Numbered from the stretch's first letter, positions 19,846 to 31,714 are shown. The stretch is 64,000 bases of DNA from Candidatus Bathyarchaeia archaeon (GCA_038882955.1 JAVZNC010000003.1:64001-128000); one strand, 5' to 3'. Notes: generated by a model from the sequence alone, not told the origin. Program-made: numbers and translations.

Positions 19846-20538
19846 TCACGTCCTTTTCGAAACTTGGTAGATTTTGCCCACTTCTGGAATTAAACAGTTA
19901 ATTTTTGGAAGTTCACGCTTCAAAATTTCCGCAAACTTCTTCTGGTCTGCAGCAGAGCCCGTGTGATATGGAACTGCAACTTTAGGCTTAGTTAGTCTTG
20001 CGATGTCAACTCCTGTTTGCGGGGAAGTTCCAGGCGCGATGCCAACTGTGCAGAAGACAAGGTCGAATTTTTCCCTTTCACCTAGGGCGGTCATTTCAGG
20101 GAATGGTAGGCTGTCTGCAGTGTGGAATATTTTCACGTTGTCCTCGCTTGTTATTATAAAGGATACTGGTGTGGCTGCTGGAGGATGATTACATTTTTCA
20201 ACTTTTACTGAAACATCGTCGACCTTAACTTCGTCTCCAGCCCTAACCTCGCTAAGCTTTTCCGCCGAAATAATATTGCGCAGCCTCTTCGCCGAAGTCT
20301 GGTCAGCCACAACCAAACATTTTGTCTGTTTATGGATTTCCGAAATAAGCGATGGATCAAAATGATCGTAATGTTCATGGCTTATCAAAATGGCGTCAAC
20401 GTTTGTGAAGTTCTTTGATTTTACGTCTACCGGGTCAACTACGATGGTTTTTGATGGCGTCTTAACTGTTACTCCAGCATAATGGTTGAACCAAACAAAC
20501 AGAACTTCATTTTTAGAGGGAGTCTCGCCTATTGACAT
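19846..20538 (-). CDS. MBL-fold metallo-hydrolase
   Basis: SHEHYDH motif, HTAD, VPYH. Confidence 0.85.
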   Translation of the reverse strand: MSIGETPSKNEVLFVWFNHYAGVTVKTPSKTIVVDPVDVKSKNFTNVDAILISHEHYDHFDPSLISEIHKQTKCLVVADQTSAKRLRNIISAEKLSEVRAGDEVKVDDVSVKVEKCNHPPAATPVSFIITSEDNVKIFHTADSLPFPEMTALGEREKFDLVFCTVGIAPGTSPQTGVDIARLTKPKVAVPYHTGSAADQKKFAEILKRELPKINCLIPEVGKIYQVSKRT

Positions 20539-20677
20539 CTTAATCCTCCATGTTTAGTAATTATTCTCTTTTGTTTTAAAAGAGCTTTGCTATCACTAGT
20601 TCATTTGCGGTTAAAGCGTTTTTTGGTAATGCTTAATAACCGCTTTCTGTTGTTTCAATGTTTACGGTGACCCGTTC

Positions 20678-21955
20678 ATGGTTGACGTTTGGCTTCCCTA
20701 TGGAAAAACCGAGGTTTGCGCGAGGATTCCAGCGCAGAACTTTCTCGGTTCAATAGAGCCCAAAGAGAAAGAAGGTGTTTCAGATGCGAGGGCTGAAATT
20801 GAGAGGGCTTTAAAAGAGCCAACTGCATCAAAAAGGCTAAGCGAAATAGTTAAGCCTGAACATAAAGTGGCTATAGTTGTTGATGACGCAACAAGACCTG
20901 CGCCAAGCCATCTTATGGTCCCTCCATTACTTGATGAGTTGAATGCGGCTGGCGTTAAAAATGAGAATATCACGATTATTTTTGGTTGTGGCACGCATAG
21001 GGCTGTTACGCCCGAGGAGGCCGTTCAACTTTTAGGCGAGGCTGTCATTAAACGCGTGAAGGCAATAAGCCATGATTGTAGGGCTAAAGATTTGGTTTAT
21101 GTTGGGACGACGAAAACGTATGGCACAAAAGTTTATTTGAACCGCGTTTTCGCCGAGGCTGATGTGAAACTTTTGACTGGCGACGTTGGTTTCCACTATT
21201 ATGCTGGTTATGGCGGTGGAAGAAAAAGCGTCTTGCCAGGGGTTGCTGGCGAAGAAACTATTAAGCATAATCACGCCATGCTTTTGCATTCGAACTCGAA
21301 GACTGGAGTTTTAAATGGTAATCCAGTTCACGAGGACATGGTTGAAGCGGCTAGGCTTGCAAAAGTTGATTTCATCTTGAATGTTGTTTGCAATAGCAAG
21401 GGCGATGTTGTGAGGGCTTTTGCTGGAGATTTGGAACAAGCCTTCCTCGAAGGCGTTAAACTTGTTGATGAAATGTACCGTGTTCCAGTAAACCGCAAAG
21501 CAGACATCGTCGTTGTCAGTCCAGGTGGACATCCAGCAGACGTGAACCTATTCCAAGCTTACAAAGGCGTCGACGCAGCCTTAGAAGTTGTTAAGCGTGG
21601 AGGCATCATCGTGTTGGTTGCCGAGTGTCCAGAAGGTCATGGAAACCAAGTTTTTTATGATTGCATGGTTAAGTTTGGCGATTTGAAGGCTATTGAGAGG
21701 GAAATTAAGCGCAACTTTATTTTGGGCGGACACAAAGCCTATTATTTGCTTAAGGCTTTGCAGAAGGTTCAGATAATACTTGTTTCCACAATGCCAGACT
21801 ACTACGCCACAAATATTTTCAAGCTGAAGACTGCACGGGGCGTAAACGACGCCTTGGACGAAGCCTTCCGCATTGCTGGGAAAAACGCGAAGGTTTGGGT
21901 TATGCCCCACGGAAACTTTACGCTTCCAGAAGTTAAAAGCGAAGAGCAAAGCTAA
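20678..21955 (+). CDS. larA: LarA-family nickel-pincer racemase/epimerase
   Basis: DDATRP, GTHR, HYYAGYGGGRKS, NLFQAYK. Confidence 0.88.
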   Translation: MVDVWLPYGKTEVCARIPAQNFLGSIEPKEKEGVSDARAEIERALKEPTASKRLSEIVKPEHKVAIVVDDATRPAPSHLMVPPLLDELNAAGVKNENITIIFGCGTHRAVTPEEAVQLLGEAVIKRVKAISHDCRAKDLVYVGTTKTYGTKVYLNRVFAEADVKLLTGDVGFHYYAGYGGGRKSVLPGVAGEETIKHNHAMLLHSNSKTGVLNGNPVHEDMVEAARLAKVDFILNVVCNSKGDVVRAFAGDLEQAFLEGVKLVDEMYRVPVNRKADIVVVSPGGHPADVNLFQAYKGVDAALEVVKRGGIIVLVAECPEGHGNQVFYDCMVKFGDLKAIEREIKRNFILGGHKAYYLLKALQKVQIILVSTMPDYYATNIFKLKTARGVNDALDEAFRIAGKNAKVWVMPHGNFTLPEVKSEEQS

Positions 21956-22012
21956 TCAAGAACGTTAAACAGTAAAACTCTCATTCCTTTAAAAGCAAGG
22001 GAGAAAAAATAC

Positions 22013-22504
22013 GTGCAAAAAACCTTCACATTACGGAAATTCACAGTGGAAGACCTACAAGACGTAATACATATCAACCGCGTTTGTTTGCCGGAAAACT
22101 ATACAGACTTCTTCTTTCTCGACTTGCATAGACGCTTTCCAGAAACGTTTATTGTCGCTGAGGAAAACGGCGAAATAGTTGGCTATATAATGTGCCGCAT
22201 AGAATTCGGCTTGTCAGACTTTGGTTTCAGCGGTCTAATAAAGAAGGGGCACATAGTTTCGGTTGCTGTTATGCCCCAACATAGAAGGAAGGGTATAGGG
22301 CAAGCCTTAATAACAAAAGCCTTAAACGGCATGCGCTCTTACGGAGCCAAACAATGCTTTCTAGAAGTTAGGATAACCAATGATCCAGCCATCAGCCTAT
22401 ACAAAAAGCTCGGTTTCAAGGTAGCACGCACAATTCATGGTTATTATGCTGATGGCGAAGACGCTTATGTTATGAGCAGGGAAATCTCTCAAAAAGGAAA
22501 GTGA
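22013..22504 (+). CDS. ard1: N-terminal acetyltransferase Ard1/RimI
   Basis: LPENY, GYIMCRIE, GHIVSVAV, LEVR, YYADGEDA. Confidence 0.88.
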   Translation: MQKTFTLRKFTVEDLQDVIHINRVCLPENYTDFFFLDLHRRFPETFIVAEENGEIVGYIMCRIEFGLSDFGFSGLIKKGHIVSVAVMPQHRRKGIGQALITKALNGMRSYGAKQCFLEVRITNDPAISLYKKLGFKVARTIHGYYADGEDAYVMSREISQKGK

Positions 22505-22507
22505 AGA

Positions 22508-22957
22508 CTAAATTTTTGTATATTCAGCCTTCTCGCTTACATAATTTATTGCTTGAAGCACAGTTTTTGTGAGTCCGAGCAAGCCCAAGAGAACAGTGAA
22601 CATCAGGAAAATGCGTATGTCCAAAACGAAGTTTATGTTTTGGAAACTTCCACCTATCAACCCACCATTCAGTGAAATGAGCAAGTATCCAATTACAAAC
22701 AAATCTCTGGCAGCGGCGAAGAAAAACTGGAAAATTGTTCCAGAAGCGAATTCGCCTATAATCATGAAAGTTATGTAAATGACAACAAAAGTTTCAACAG
22801 CCTCTTTCAATCCTGGAACCATGTTTGCCACTGGTGCTACAAACATCCAAGAAACAAAGTATAACGCGTAGAAGAGCACGCCCTTTATTGTTGCCTTTAA
22901 AGCTTTGAACGTTATGTTCCGAATTTTTCTTTTGAGGCTGTTGTCCTTTTCAGTCAA
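22508..22957 (-). CDS. membrane protein
   Basis: About four hydrophobic helices; overlaps upstream gene. Confidence 0.7.
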   Translation of the reverse strand: MTEKDNSLKRKIRNITFKALKATIKGVLFYALYFVSWMFVAPVANMVPGLKEAVETFVVIYITFMIIGEFASGTIFQFFFAAARDLFVIGYLLISLNGGLIGGSFQNINFVLDIRIFLMFTVLLGLLGLTKTVLQAINYVSEKAEYTKI

Positions 22958-23735
22958 GATTTATCTCTCCAATTTTAACGTTAAAAATTGACGTTTGAAG
23001 ATAAAATTCGAGTCGCTTGCACAACGGGATAACCGTATTTCTAACGCATATTTCAGCGTATTCGCTGTAAACTGTGTGGCTTGGTGCCTCAATAAATGTT
23101 TGCGCTTCTCCTATCACGGCACCTTCAGAATCATACATGCGAATCGAAAGATTTCCAGCAACATCGAAAAACGCGTGGTTTTCAAAGCTTATTGGCGTCT
23201 TTATCAGCGTGTACGTTCTATTGGCAACACGTTCTGGTTCGCCTATGTTTAGGTTGTAAAGCGGCGCGCCCCACGGAAACGTAACATTTGTTGATACTGT
23301 GAAAGGAATCAATTCTGCGACGCCCATGCCAACATTTTCATACAACACGAATGTTGTGTCGTTAAAGATCAGGTTGGAGTTTTCTTGAAACAACTTTGTG
23401 ACGTTTACTGTTATGTTATGCCTTATCGTGGTTACGGTATTTCTTCCTATAACGGGTATGCATGTGTTTCCATGTGCAATGATGGAACCTTCTAAACTGG
23501 AAATTTCAGTTGTTATGTTGAAAAAGCCTATGTTAAAAAGTCCCATGTTCTCAACGGTTATTGGCAAGCAAAGAATCATCTCGTTTTGGTCTGTAAGGCT
23601 TGTTGGTATTTCCAACTCTCCAAAACCTAAGCGTACATCCTTTACGAAGGAATAAACTGCGGAAATGGTGAAAGCTGCCAGAAAAATCCAGAATAACGCT
23701 GTTGCTATGCTTATCATCCGAATTGCTACTTTCAT
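22950..23735 (-). CDS. membrane-anchored beta-rich protein (two LEA-2/Ig-like repeats suspected)
   Basis: N-terminal TM helix, two similar units (PITVENMG, PISFENHA), many N-x-S/T sites. Confidence 0.65.
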   Translation of the reverse strand: MKVAIRMISIATALFWIFLAAFTISAVYSFVKDVRLGFGELEIPTSLTDQNEMILCLPITVENMGLFNIGFFNITTEISSLEGSIIAHGNTCIPVIGRNTVTTIRHNITVNVTKLFQENSNLIFNDTTFVLYENVGMGVAELIPFTVSTNVTFPWGAPLYNLNIGEPERVANRTYTLIKTPISFENHAFFDVAGNLSIRMYDSEGAVIGEAQTFIEAPSHTVYSEYAEICVRNTVIPLCKRLEFYLQTSIFNVKIGEINLD

Positions 23736-23767
23736 CGACGCGCTTTCCCCGACAAATTAAGATGATT

Positions 23768-24235
23768 TTAGCTGTTTGACGCTGGCTGTTGCTCACTTTT
23801 CGGCTTTTCTTCAGCTTGTTGTGCAGCTTGCTCTGGTGGTATAACAATCATCTGGGGCTCTGGAGGTTTAACCTCCTCCTTCGCTTTTTCTTCCTTAACT
23901 TTTTGAACCGCTGGTTTTTGCTGGACGGCAAGCGGTTTTTGTGGAACAACAGCCACGGTTTCAACTCTTGGAGCGCTTGTCAGTAGGGTCACTCCGCGTA
24001 TGGTTACCAGCGAGCCAATCCACCCCATAACACCCAAATACATTATGCGTATGCATGTTGCAATCAGCGGTCCCAAGGCTTCGCCGAACATCTGCGTAAA
24101 GTCTCCAGGCAGTATTTGTATGCTTTGTGTTAGGAAGCCCCATGCGCTTAGGAAGGTGAATATTAGAAGCGCTACGCCTATCATTAGCACAATTATTCCG
24201 GATATTGTTATTTTGTCTTTGAAGTTTTTGAACAT
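23768..24235 (-). CDS. membrane protein with low-complexity P/Q/E/K tail
   Basis: Two TM helices followed by a disordered-looking tail. Confidence 0.7.
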   Translation of the reverse strand: MFKNFKDKITISGIIVLMIGVALLIFTFLSAWGFLTQSIQILPGDFTQMFGEALGPLIATCIRIMYLGVMGWIGSLVTIRGVTLLTSAPRVETVAVVPQKPLAVQQKPAVQKVKEEKAKEEVKPPEPQMIVIPPEQAAQQAEEKPKSEQQPASNS

Positions 24236-24346
24236 GTTCTTTCCTCGTTATTGCTGGAGACTTTTTAACATATTAAATCTTCCGATATTATAAACAGAAT
24301 CGCGGCTACCTATCAAAAATCAAAAACAAAAATAAAGTTAGCGAAT

Positions 24347-24952
24347 TTAAGGCGGCAAACCGAGCTTCTGGTAAATCCTCTGCTTGTTATCTTCAACCTT
24401 CTTTTGAACATCCATGAAAAGGTTGTTTCCATGAGAATCTATGGCAACCGCAAGCGGACCAAAATCTTCAACCTCAAAAATCCATAAGGCTTCAGGGGTT
24501 CCCAAATCAAGCCATTCAACGCCTCTAACGCTTTTTATGGCTTTTGCAGCCAAAATTGCCGCTCCACCTGTGAAAGCGCCATAAACTGCTCCGTACTTTG
24601 CCATTGCGTCCGTTGTCTTCTTTCCCATTCCGCCCTTGCCTATGACAACGCGAACCTTGAAGTTCTTTATGAACTCGTCTTCAAAAATGTCCATGCGTGT
24701 GCTTGTTGTGGGTCCTGCTGCAACGGCAATCCATTTATCGCCTTCCTTTGCGACGACTGGCCCACAGTGGAAGACGGCCAATCCTTCAAGGTTTATTGGG
24801 AGCCTCTTTCCCTCTTTATAGTAGTCTAGGGCTCTTCTGTGTGCTTGGTCTCTGGCAGTTACCATTGTTCCAGTTATGTAAATGACGTCGTTTACTTTGA
24901 GTTTTCGTATTTCCTCTTCCGATATCGGGGTTTTAAGATGGTAAACTGACAT
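24347..24952 (-). CDS. Fe-S hydro-lyase (class I fumarase/tartrate dehydratase) beta subunit
   Basis: TARDQAH, HCGP, GPTTSTRM, IGKGG, DSHGN. Confidence 0.92.
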   Translation of the reverse strand: MSVYHLKTPISEEEIRKLKVNDVIYITGTMVTARDQAHRRALDYYKEGKRLPINLEGLAVFHCGPVVAKEGDKWIAVAAGPTTSTRMDIFEDEFIKNFKVRVVIGKGGMGKKTTDAMAKYGAVYGAFTGGAAILAAKAIKSVRGVEWLDLGTPEALWIFEVEDFGPLAVAIDSHGNNLFMDVQKKVEDNKQRIYQKLGLPP

Positions 24953-24963
24953 TCCATTTCACC

Positions 24964-25887
24964 TCACATTTTATGGGTTAAATATTCCACTTTTCCATCG
25001 CTGTTTATGCGTGCAGAAGCCCTTCTCACTGCCCAACAGTTGAATGCAACCGCCGCTGGAAATGATGCTGGATGCCTAAAAGCATAGTCGATGTGAACGC
25101 CTAAAACTGTTGTTTTTCCGCCCAACCCCATTGGACCTATTCCAGTCATGTTCACAGCCTCAAGGATTTCCTCTTCAAGTTTTGCAATTTCTGGGTTTGT
25201 GTTATGCTGGTCTAACGGTATTAAAAGCGCCTTCTTCGCAAGTTTCATGGCGATGTCCGCTCCGCCTCCAACTGCCACGCCTAAAATGTTTGGTGGACAC
25301 GGTTGGGCTCCAGCTTTAATCACCGCGTCTACAACAAATTTTTTAAGCCCCTTAACGCCTTCTCCTGGCACAAGCATGCCAGTTACACATACATTTTCTG
25401 AACCCCCGCCTTTAGTCATTACTGTCAGCTCCAATGTGTTTCCTGAAACTATTTCCCAGTGGATGAATGGTATGTATCTTCCAGTGTTGTCTCCGCTGTT
25501 TTTTTGGGTGAAGGGGTCAACAGAATTTGGCCTTAATGGGATTTCTTTTGTGGCTCTTCGTGTGGCGTTTATTATTGCTTGTTCAACCTTATCGAGGTTT
25601 TTCGTTTCTGCGCCTGCCTTCGCATAGAATATTATTGTTCCAGTGTCTTGACAGACTGGCGCCTTGTATTTTTCGGCTAGTTCAATGTTGTCCAATATTG
25701 CTTTTAGCTGCGTTTTTCCAGTGTCGCTTGTCTCCTCTTCGTAAGCTTTTTTCAATGCCTTCTTGACATCGTCTGGAAGGTATATGACTGCTTGTCTCAG
25801 TAGGTTAAATGCGACTTCTTCAACAACTTTTATTTCCAAGCCTTTTCCTCCTCCTTTTCGCATTTGACGGTTTATTGAAAACTTCAC
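24964..25887 (-). CDS. Fe-S hydro-lyase (class I fumarase/tartrate dehydratase) alpha subunit
   Basis: PVCQDTG, KGGGSEN, QPCPP, GIGPMGLGG, NCWA. Confidence 0.92.
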   Translation of the reverse strand: MKFSINRQMRKGGGKGLEIKVVEEVAFNLLRQAVIYLPDDVKKALKKAYEEETSDTGKTQLKAILDNIELAEKYKAPVCQDTGTIIFYAKAGAETKNLDKVEQAIINATRRATKEIPLRPNSVDPFTQKNSGDNTGRYIPFIHWEIVSGNTLELTVMTKGGGSENVCVTGMLVPGEGVKGLKKFVVDAVIKAGAQPCPPNILGVAVGGGADIAMKLAKKALLIPLDQHNTNPEIAKLEEEILEAVNMTGIGPMGLGGKTTVLGVHIDYAFRHPASFPAAVAFNCWAVRRASARINSDGKVEYLTHKM

Positions 25888-26039
25888 ATACTTATGCTTT
25901 CTCCATGCACAACGCCAACTCCCATGTAAAAGAAGTTCACTTTAACTTAACTCTCTAGGGGCTAAATGCGCATGTTCTTCGAGTGTTTTAAATATGGCTT
26001 GAACAAACTGTTCTCACAGAACCACGAGAGGAGCGTAAA

Positions 26040-27053
26040 ATGGCAACAGAAGAAGAACAAGTTGAAGACGCTGGGAAGAAGAAGTATGAACTCCTAGAGG
26101 ATTTACCTGGAATTGGACCTGCAACAGCGCAGAAACTCCGTGAAATGGGCTTCCACACCGTTGAGTCTCTTGCAATGGCAACTGTTCAAGAGCTTGAGCC
26201 CGCTGGAATAAGCGAAAAGAAGGCTTTAGCAATAATAGAGGCTGCCCGCTCTTCCATAAGCGTCTCCTTCGTTAGGGCTGACGAGTTGCTTAGGATGCGC
26301 CAGCAAGTTTTGCGTTTAACAACTGGAAGCAAAGCCCTAGACCACATATTGGATGGTGGACTTGAGACGCAGACGATTACAGAATTTTACGGCGAGTATG
26401 GAAGTGGAAAGAGCCAAATTTGTCATCAACTTTGCGTTAATGTGCAGTTGCCACCAGAAAGGGGTGGACTGAACGGCGCGGCGCTTTACATTGACACTGA
26501 AAACACTTTCCGCACTGAACGTATCGTGCAGATGGCTAGGCACCTGGGGCTTGACCCCCAACAAGTTGTTAAGAACATAATTTACGCTGAGGCTTACACT
26601 TCAGACCACCAAATGTTCCTTTTGGATAATGCTGACGAAATTATTAAGGCGAACAACGTGAAATTGATAATCATAGACTCTTTAACAGCCCACTTTAGAA
26701 GCGAATACCTTGGACGCGAAATGCTGGCTTCAAGACAGCAAAAGCTGAACAAGCACATGCACAAGCTTATACGTTTGGCGAGAGCCTTCAACGCGGTAGC
26801 CGTTGTAACAAACCAGGTTATGGCTAAACCAGACGTTTTCTTTGGTGATGCCATACATCCAATTGGTGGGCACATTGTTGGGCACACGAGCCACACTAGG
26901 GTTTATCTTCGAAGGGCTGCCCATGGACCGATACGTATTGCCCGATTAGTTTCAAGTCCGTACCTGCCAGAAGGTGAGGAAATCTTTAAAATAACGGAGA
27001 ACGGCATAGAGGATGTTTCCGAGGAGGAAAAGACGAAGTCTCGTGGTCGTTAA
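26040..27053 (+). CDS. radA: DNA repair and recombination protein RadA
   Basis: HhH N-domain, GEYGSGKS, YIDTENTFR, LxxRQQKL; no intein. Confidence 0.97.
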   Translation: MATEEEQVEDAGKKKYELLEDLPGIGPATAQKLREMGFHTVESLAMATVQELEPAGISEKKALAIIEAARSSISVSFVRADELLRMRQQVLRLTTGSKALDHILDGGLETQTITEFYGEYGSGKSQICHQLCVNVQLPPERGGLNGAALYIDTENTFRTERIVQMARHLGLDPQQVVKNIIYAEAYTSDHQMFLLDNADEIIKANNVKLIIIDSLTAHFRSEYLGREMLASRQQKLNKHMHKLIRLARAFNAVAVVTNQVMAKPDVFFGDAIHPIGGHIVGHTSHTRVYLRRAAHGPIRIARLVSSPYLPEGEEIFKITENGIEDVSEEEKTKSRGR

Positions 27054-27055
27054 AG

Positions 27056-27499
27056 ATGCCCGTGCCATCTGCGTTAGTTGCACGTTACTTCCAACTTCTT
27101 GTTAATAGGCAGTTTGCAGAAGCGGAAAGAGAGCTTGAACGAATCAAACAGAAAATGCATAAAACAGAGTGGAACCGCGGCTACTTCAGAGCCTTGTATG
27201 GTATGCTTCTAGTGCGCCGCTCAAACAGCGGCAACAACGACTCATACGCGTTTTTCGCCAAGCTCGACTTAAATGACAAGGCAGCTTTAAACGCTTACAA
27301 ACGCGAATTTTTAGAACACGTGAAGAATAGGCTTCACGGAGAATTTGACCGCGGTTTTTTCTCGGCATGGGCTGACTGCATGCGCATACTAAGCAAAATT
27401 AACATCACGGCTAGTCTAAACGCCAACATTTCCAACGTAAAAAGCGATGCGGAAAAAGAAAAAACTGCTACGCCAAGCCAAAGCGAAGAGTATGACTAG
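27056..27499 (+). CDS. hypothetical helical protein directly after radA
   Basis: Starts 2 nt after the radA stop; internal repeat EWNRGYF / EFDRGFF. Confidence 0.75.
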   Translation: MPVPSALVARYFQLLVNRQFAEAERELERIKQKMHKTEWNRGYFRALYGMLLVRRSNSGNNDSYAFFAKLDLNDKAALNAYKREFLEHVKNRLHGEFDRGFFSAWADCMRILSKINITASLNANISNVKSDAEKEKTATPSQSEEYD

Positions 27500-27503
27500 A
27501 TGC

Positions 27504-27839
27504 CTAACCGCCAAGCGACATTGGCTGTCCAGCGATTAATGTGTATAGGAGAATCCAGAAGACTAGCCATGAAAGGAAGTATATGCCTATTCCCATTGTA
27601 AACAACTTCTGCGGCTTTTCAACTTTAGCCATGAAAAAAGCCTTTATCACGTAATATGAGAGTATGTAAACCACAAGGGCTATGGAAACGCCGTTCAGAA
27701 ACGTGTTCCAATGAAATTTGCTAGCATCACTTGTTATGGAGCCCGCTGCCATTCCATAGCCTATACATAATACGGCGGCAAGAATGCCGAACGCAACTCT
27801 CAACCAGTAAACAACAGTCAAAGGCTTCATCACATGCAC
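27504..27839 (-). CDS. EMC6/Rab5ip-like three-TM membrane protein
   Basis: YWLR..GILA start and GIGIYFLSWLVFWILLYTL C-terminus typical of EMC6-like proteins. Confidence 0.65.
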   Translation of the reverse strand: MHVMKPLTVVYWLRVAFGILAAVLCIGYGMAAGSITSDASKFHWNTFLNGVSIALVVYILSYYVIKAFFMAKVEKPQKLFTMGIGIYFLSWLVFWILLYTLIAGQPMSLGG

Positions 27840-27906
27840 CTTTTGGCTCTCACTCTCTTTATGATTTAAGATTGCCTATTTATAGTTTGAAGACTTATTA
27901 ACTTTC

Positions 27907-29997
27907 TTGAAAGTGATAGAGCCCATGCATAAGAGGGAATTCACAAGCTTCGACGTGGCTGCAGTCATCGGAGAATTAAAAAAGCTAATTTTAGGCTCTC
28001 GCGTCAACAACATCTATCAGCCCGACAGCAAAACACTTCTTTTTAAACTTCACAAGCCCGAGAACCCCGCCTTTTGGCTCTTGTTTGAGGCTGGTAAACG
28101 CTTACATTTAACATCATACACTGTTGAAAAACCCGCTACGCCATCAGCTTTTTGCATGGCTTTAAGAAAATATCTACGCAACAGCGTTTTAACCAGCGTT
28201 GAACAATACGAATTCGAAAGAGTTGTGATTTTTTCCTTCAAAGCTGGAAACGGCAATCTGAAGCTTGTTTTAGAAATCTTCGGCGAAGGCAACGCCATCC
28301 TAATAGACGAGAACGACGCAATTTTACACGCCTTAACCTACAAGCGCATGAAAGACCGCAACATCCTACGCGGCGAAAAATTTGTTTTCGCTCCACCAAG
28401 CGGAAAAAACCCACTAAAACTCAGCGCAGAAGAATTTTGGCGAGAACTTAAAAGTTTTGGCGACGTTGAAGTTGTACGCGCACTCGCACGTTACTTAAGC
28501 ATAGGCGGATTTTACGCCGAAGAAGCATTACTAAGGGCTGGCATTGACAAAACACGGTTATGCGGTTCCATAGAAGACAGCATCATAAAAGCCATTTTCA
28601 ATGCTTTATGTACTATGCTCTCGCAAGTTTTGGAAGGAAAACTTGAACCCAACATTATTTTGGATGCAAATGGTAACTTTTTGGATGCCGCACCGTTAAA
28701 ACTCAAACGTTATGAGGAGTTTAACGCCAAACCTTTCGAAAGCTTTAATGAAGCCCTAGACGAGTTTTATTTGCGCGTTAAAGCTTTTGAAAAGGTTGAA
28801 GAAACAAGCGTGGAATTGGAAGCTTTAAAGCGTGAAGCAGAAAGGCTCAAGCGCATCATTGAAAGCCAAGAGCGAGTTTTAATCGAGGCGCAAACAGAAG
28901 CAGGACATTACAAGCGAATCGGCGATACAATATACGCCAACTCAAACATGCTCCAGCAACTGCTCGACCGCTTCCTAACAGACTTAAAGAGCGGAAAAAG
29001 CTGGAAGGAAATAACCTCTAAAATTTTGGCTGAAAAAGAGGCTGGCTTAAAACCAAGCGTTTTCTTCGAAAGCTTCGACCAGAAAAAATTGGCAATTAAC
29101 CTCTGCGTAGATAATCTTCGTTTTAGCTTATGCCTCCGCTCGAAACTTTTTGATTCCGCCACAAAATTCTATGAGCAAGGAAAAAAGGCTAAACAGAGGC
29201 TTGAAGGCGCAAAAAAAGCCCTAGAAGAAACCCGCAAAAAACTAGCGGATATAGAAGCAAAAATCAAAGAGTTTGAAGTAAAAACCACCATGACAGTTGC
29301 GCCTTCTGAAGGGGTAGAAAGTGAAATTGCGAGACGCCGCATAAAAGGCAAAGAATGGTATGAGAAGTTTAGATGGTTCAAAACCTCGGAAGGTTTTCTC
29401 GTTGTCGCTGGAAAAGATGCTGTAAGCAACGAAGTACTAATTAAAAAATACATGGCGCCAGAAGACATTGTTTTCCACGCAGATATCCTAGGCGCCCCAT
29501 TCGCCATAATCAAAACAGAAGGAAAAACACCAAGCCCGCAAAGCCTAAAAGAGGCAGCGGAATTTGCAGCAGCACACTCACGCGGGTGGCGAGAAGGTTT
29601 TGCCACAGTAGACGTTTACTGGGTCAAACCAGAACAAATAAGCAAAACTGCACCTTCAGGCGAATATGTCCCACGCGGAGCTTTCATCATAAGCGGAAAA
29701 AGAAACTGGATGCGCAAAACCACGCTCAAAATTGCCATAGGCACAATCATAGACGAAGAAGCAGGCGAAATAAAATTCACTGCTGGACCAGTTGACGCAG
29801 TAAACGCGAAAACTCAAAACTACATTGTAATCGTCCCAGGAGACACAAGCGGAAAGGAACTATCCAAACAAATCCTAAAGAAGCTGGCTGAAAAAACACC
29901 AAAAGAAACACAAGAAAAAATACAAAAAGCGACACTCGAAGAAATTAGAGAACTAATCCCATACGGAAAAGGCCAACTCCAAACACAGCAGCCTTAA
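27907..29997 (+). CDS. rqcH: ribosome quality control factor RqcH/Rqc2 (NFACT)
   Basis: SFDV, FCMALRKYL, FERV, EIFGEGN, WYEKFRWF, GKDAVSNE, FHADILGAP. Confidence 0.92.
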   Translation: MKVIEPMHKREFTSFDVAAVIGELKKLILGSRVNNIYQPDSKTLLFKLHKPENPAFWLLFEAGKRLHLTSYTVEKPATPSAFCMALRKYLRNSVLTSVEQYEFERVVIFSFKAGNGNLKLVLEIFGEGNAILIDENDAILHALTYKRMKDRNILRGEKFVFAPPSGKNPLKLSAEEFWRELKSFGDVEVVRALARYLSIGGFYAEEALLRAGIDKTRLCGSIEDSIIKAIFNALCTMLSQVLEGKLEPNIILDANGNFLDAAPLKLKRYEEFNAKPFESFNEALDEFYLRVKAFEKVEETSVELEALKREAERLKRIIESQERVLIEAQTEAGHYKRIGDTIYANSNMLQQLLDRFLTDLKSGKSWKEITSKILAEKEAGLKPSVFFESFDQKKLAINLCVDNLRFSLCLRSKLFDSATKFYEQGKKAKQRLEGAKKALEETRKKLADIEAKIKEFEVKTTMTVAPSEGVESEIARRRIKGKEWYEKFRWFKTSEGFLVVAGKDAVSNEVLIKKYMAPEDIVFHADILGAPFAIIKTEGKTPSPQSLKEAAEFAAAHSRGWREGFATVDVYWVKPEQISKTAPSGEYVPRGAFIISGKRNWMRKTTLKIAIGTIIDEEAGEIKFTAGPVDAVNAKTQNYIVIVPGDTSGKELSKQILKKLAEKTPKETQEKIQKATLEEIRELIPYGKGQLQTQQP

Positions 29998-30062
29998 ACC
30001 CAAAAATCTAGAGGGGCTAGACCACTATTGATTTAATTTCAAACCAAAATTCTTCATAATTT

Positions 30063-30108
30063 TGGGCTTCAGCGTCAACTACAGGCGTTTCTTTCTCCTC
30101 CAGTCGGC
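30063..30108 (-). other. 3' arm of the pre-16S processing stem (BHB)
   Basis: Pairs with 31662-31714: GCCGACTGGA helix, GGAG/CTCC 4-bp helix with AAA bulges, 16-bp TGGGCTTCAGCGTCAA helix. Confidence 0.8.
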
Positions 30109-30122
30109 AATGCGCCTTTCTT

Positions 30123-31618
<1,496 letters not shown>

Positions 31619-31661
31619 GATGCGTTGCCGTTTTGCGCTTTTTGGCTTGTACAGCCGCAAA

Positions 31662-31714
31662 GCCGACTGGATTTGGAGGGGAACTGCCTGCTCCCTTTTT
31701 GACGCTGAAGCCCA
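31662..31714 (-). other. 5' arm of the pre-16S processing stem (BHB)
   Basis: Complementary to 30063-30108. Confidence 0.8.

Noticed and set aside
26040-27053. Inteins in RadA, Lhr or ligase; introns in 16S or tRNA-Asp
   Set aside because: Lengths are normal and no splice motifs or insertions were seen
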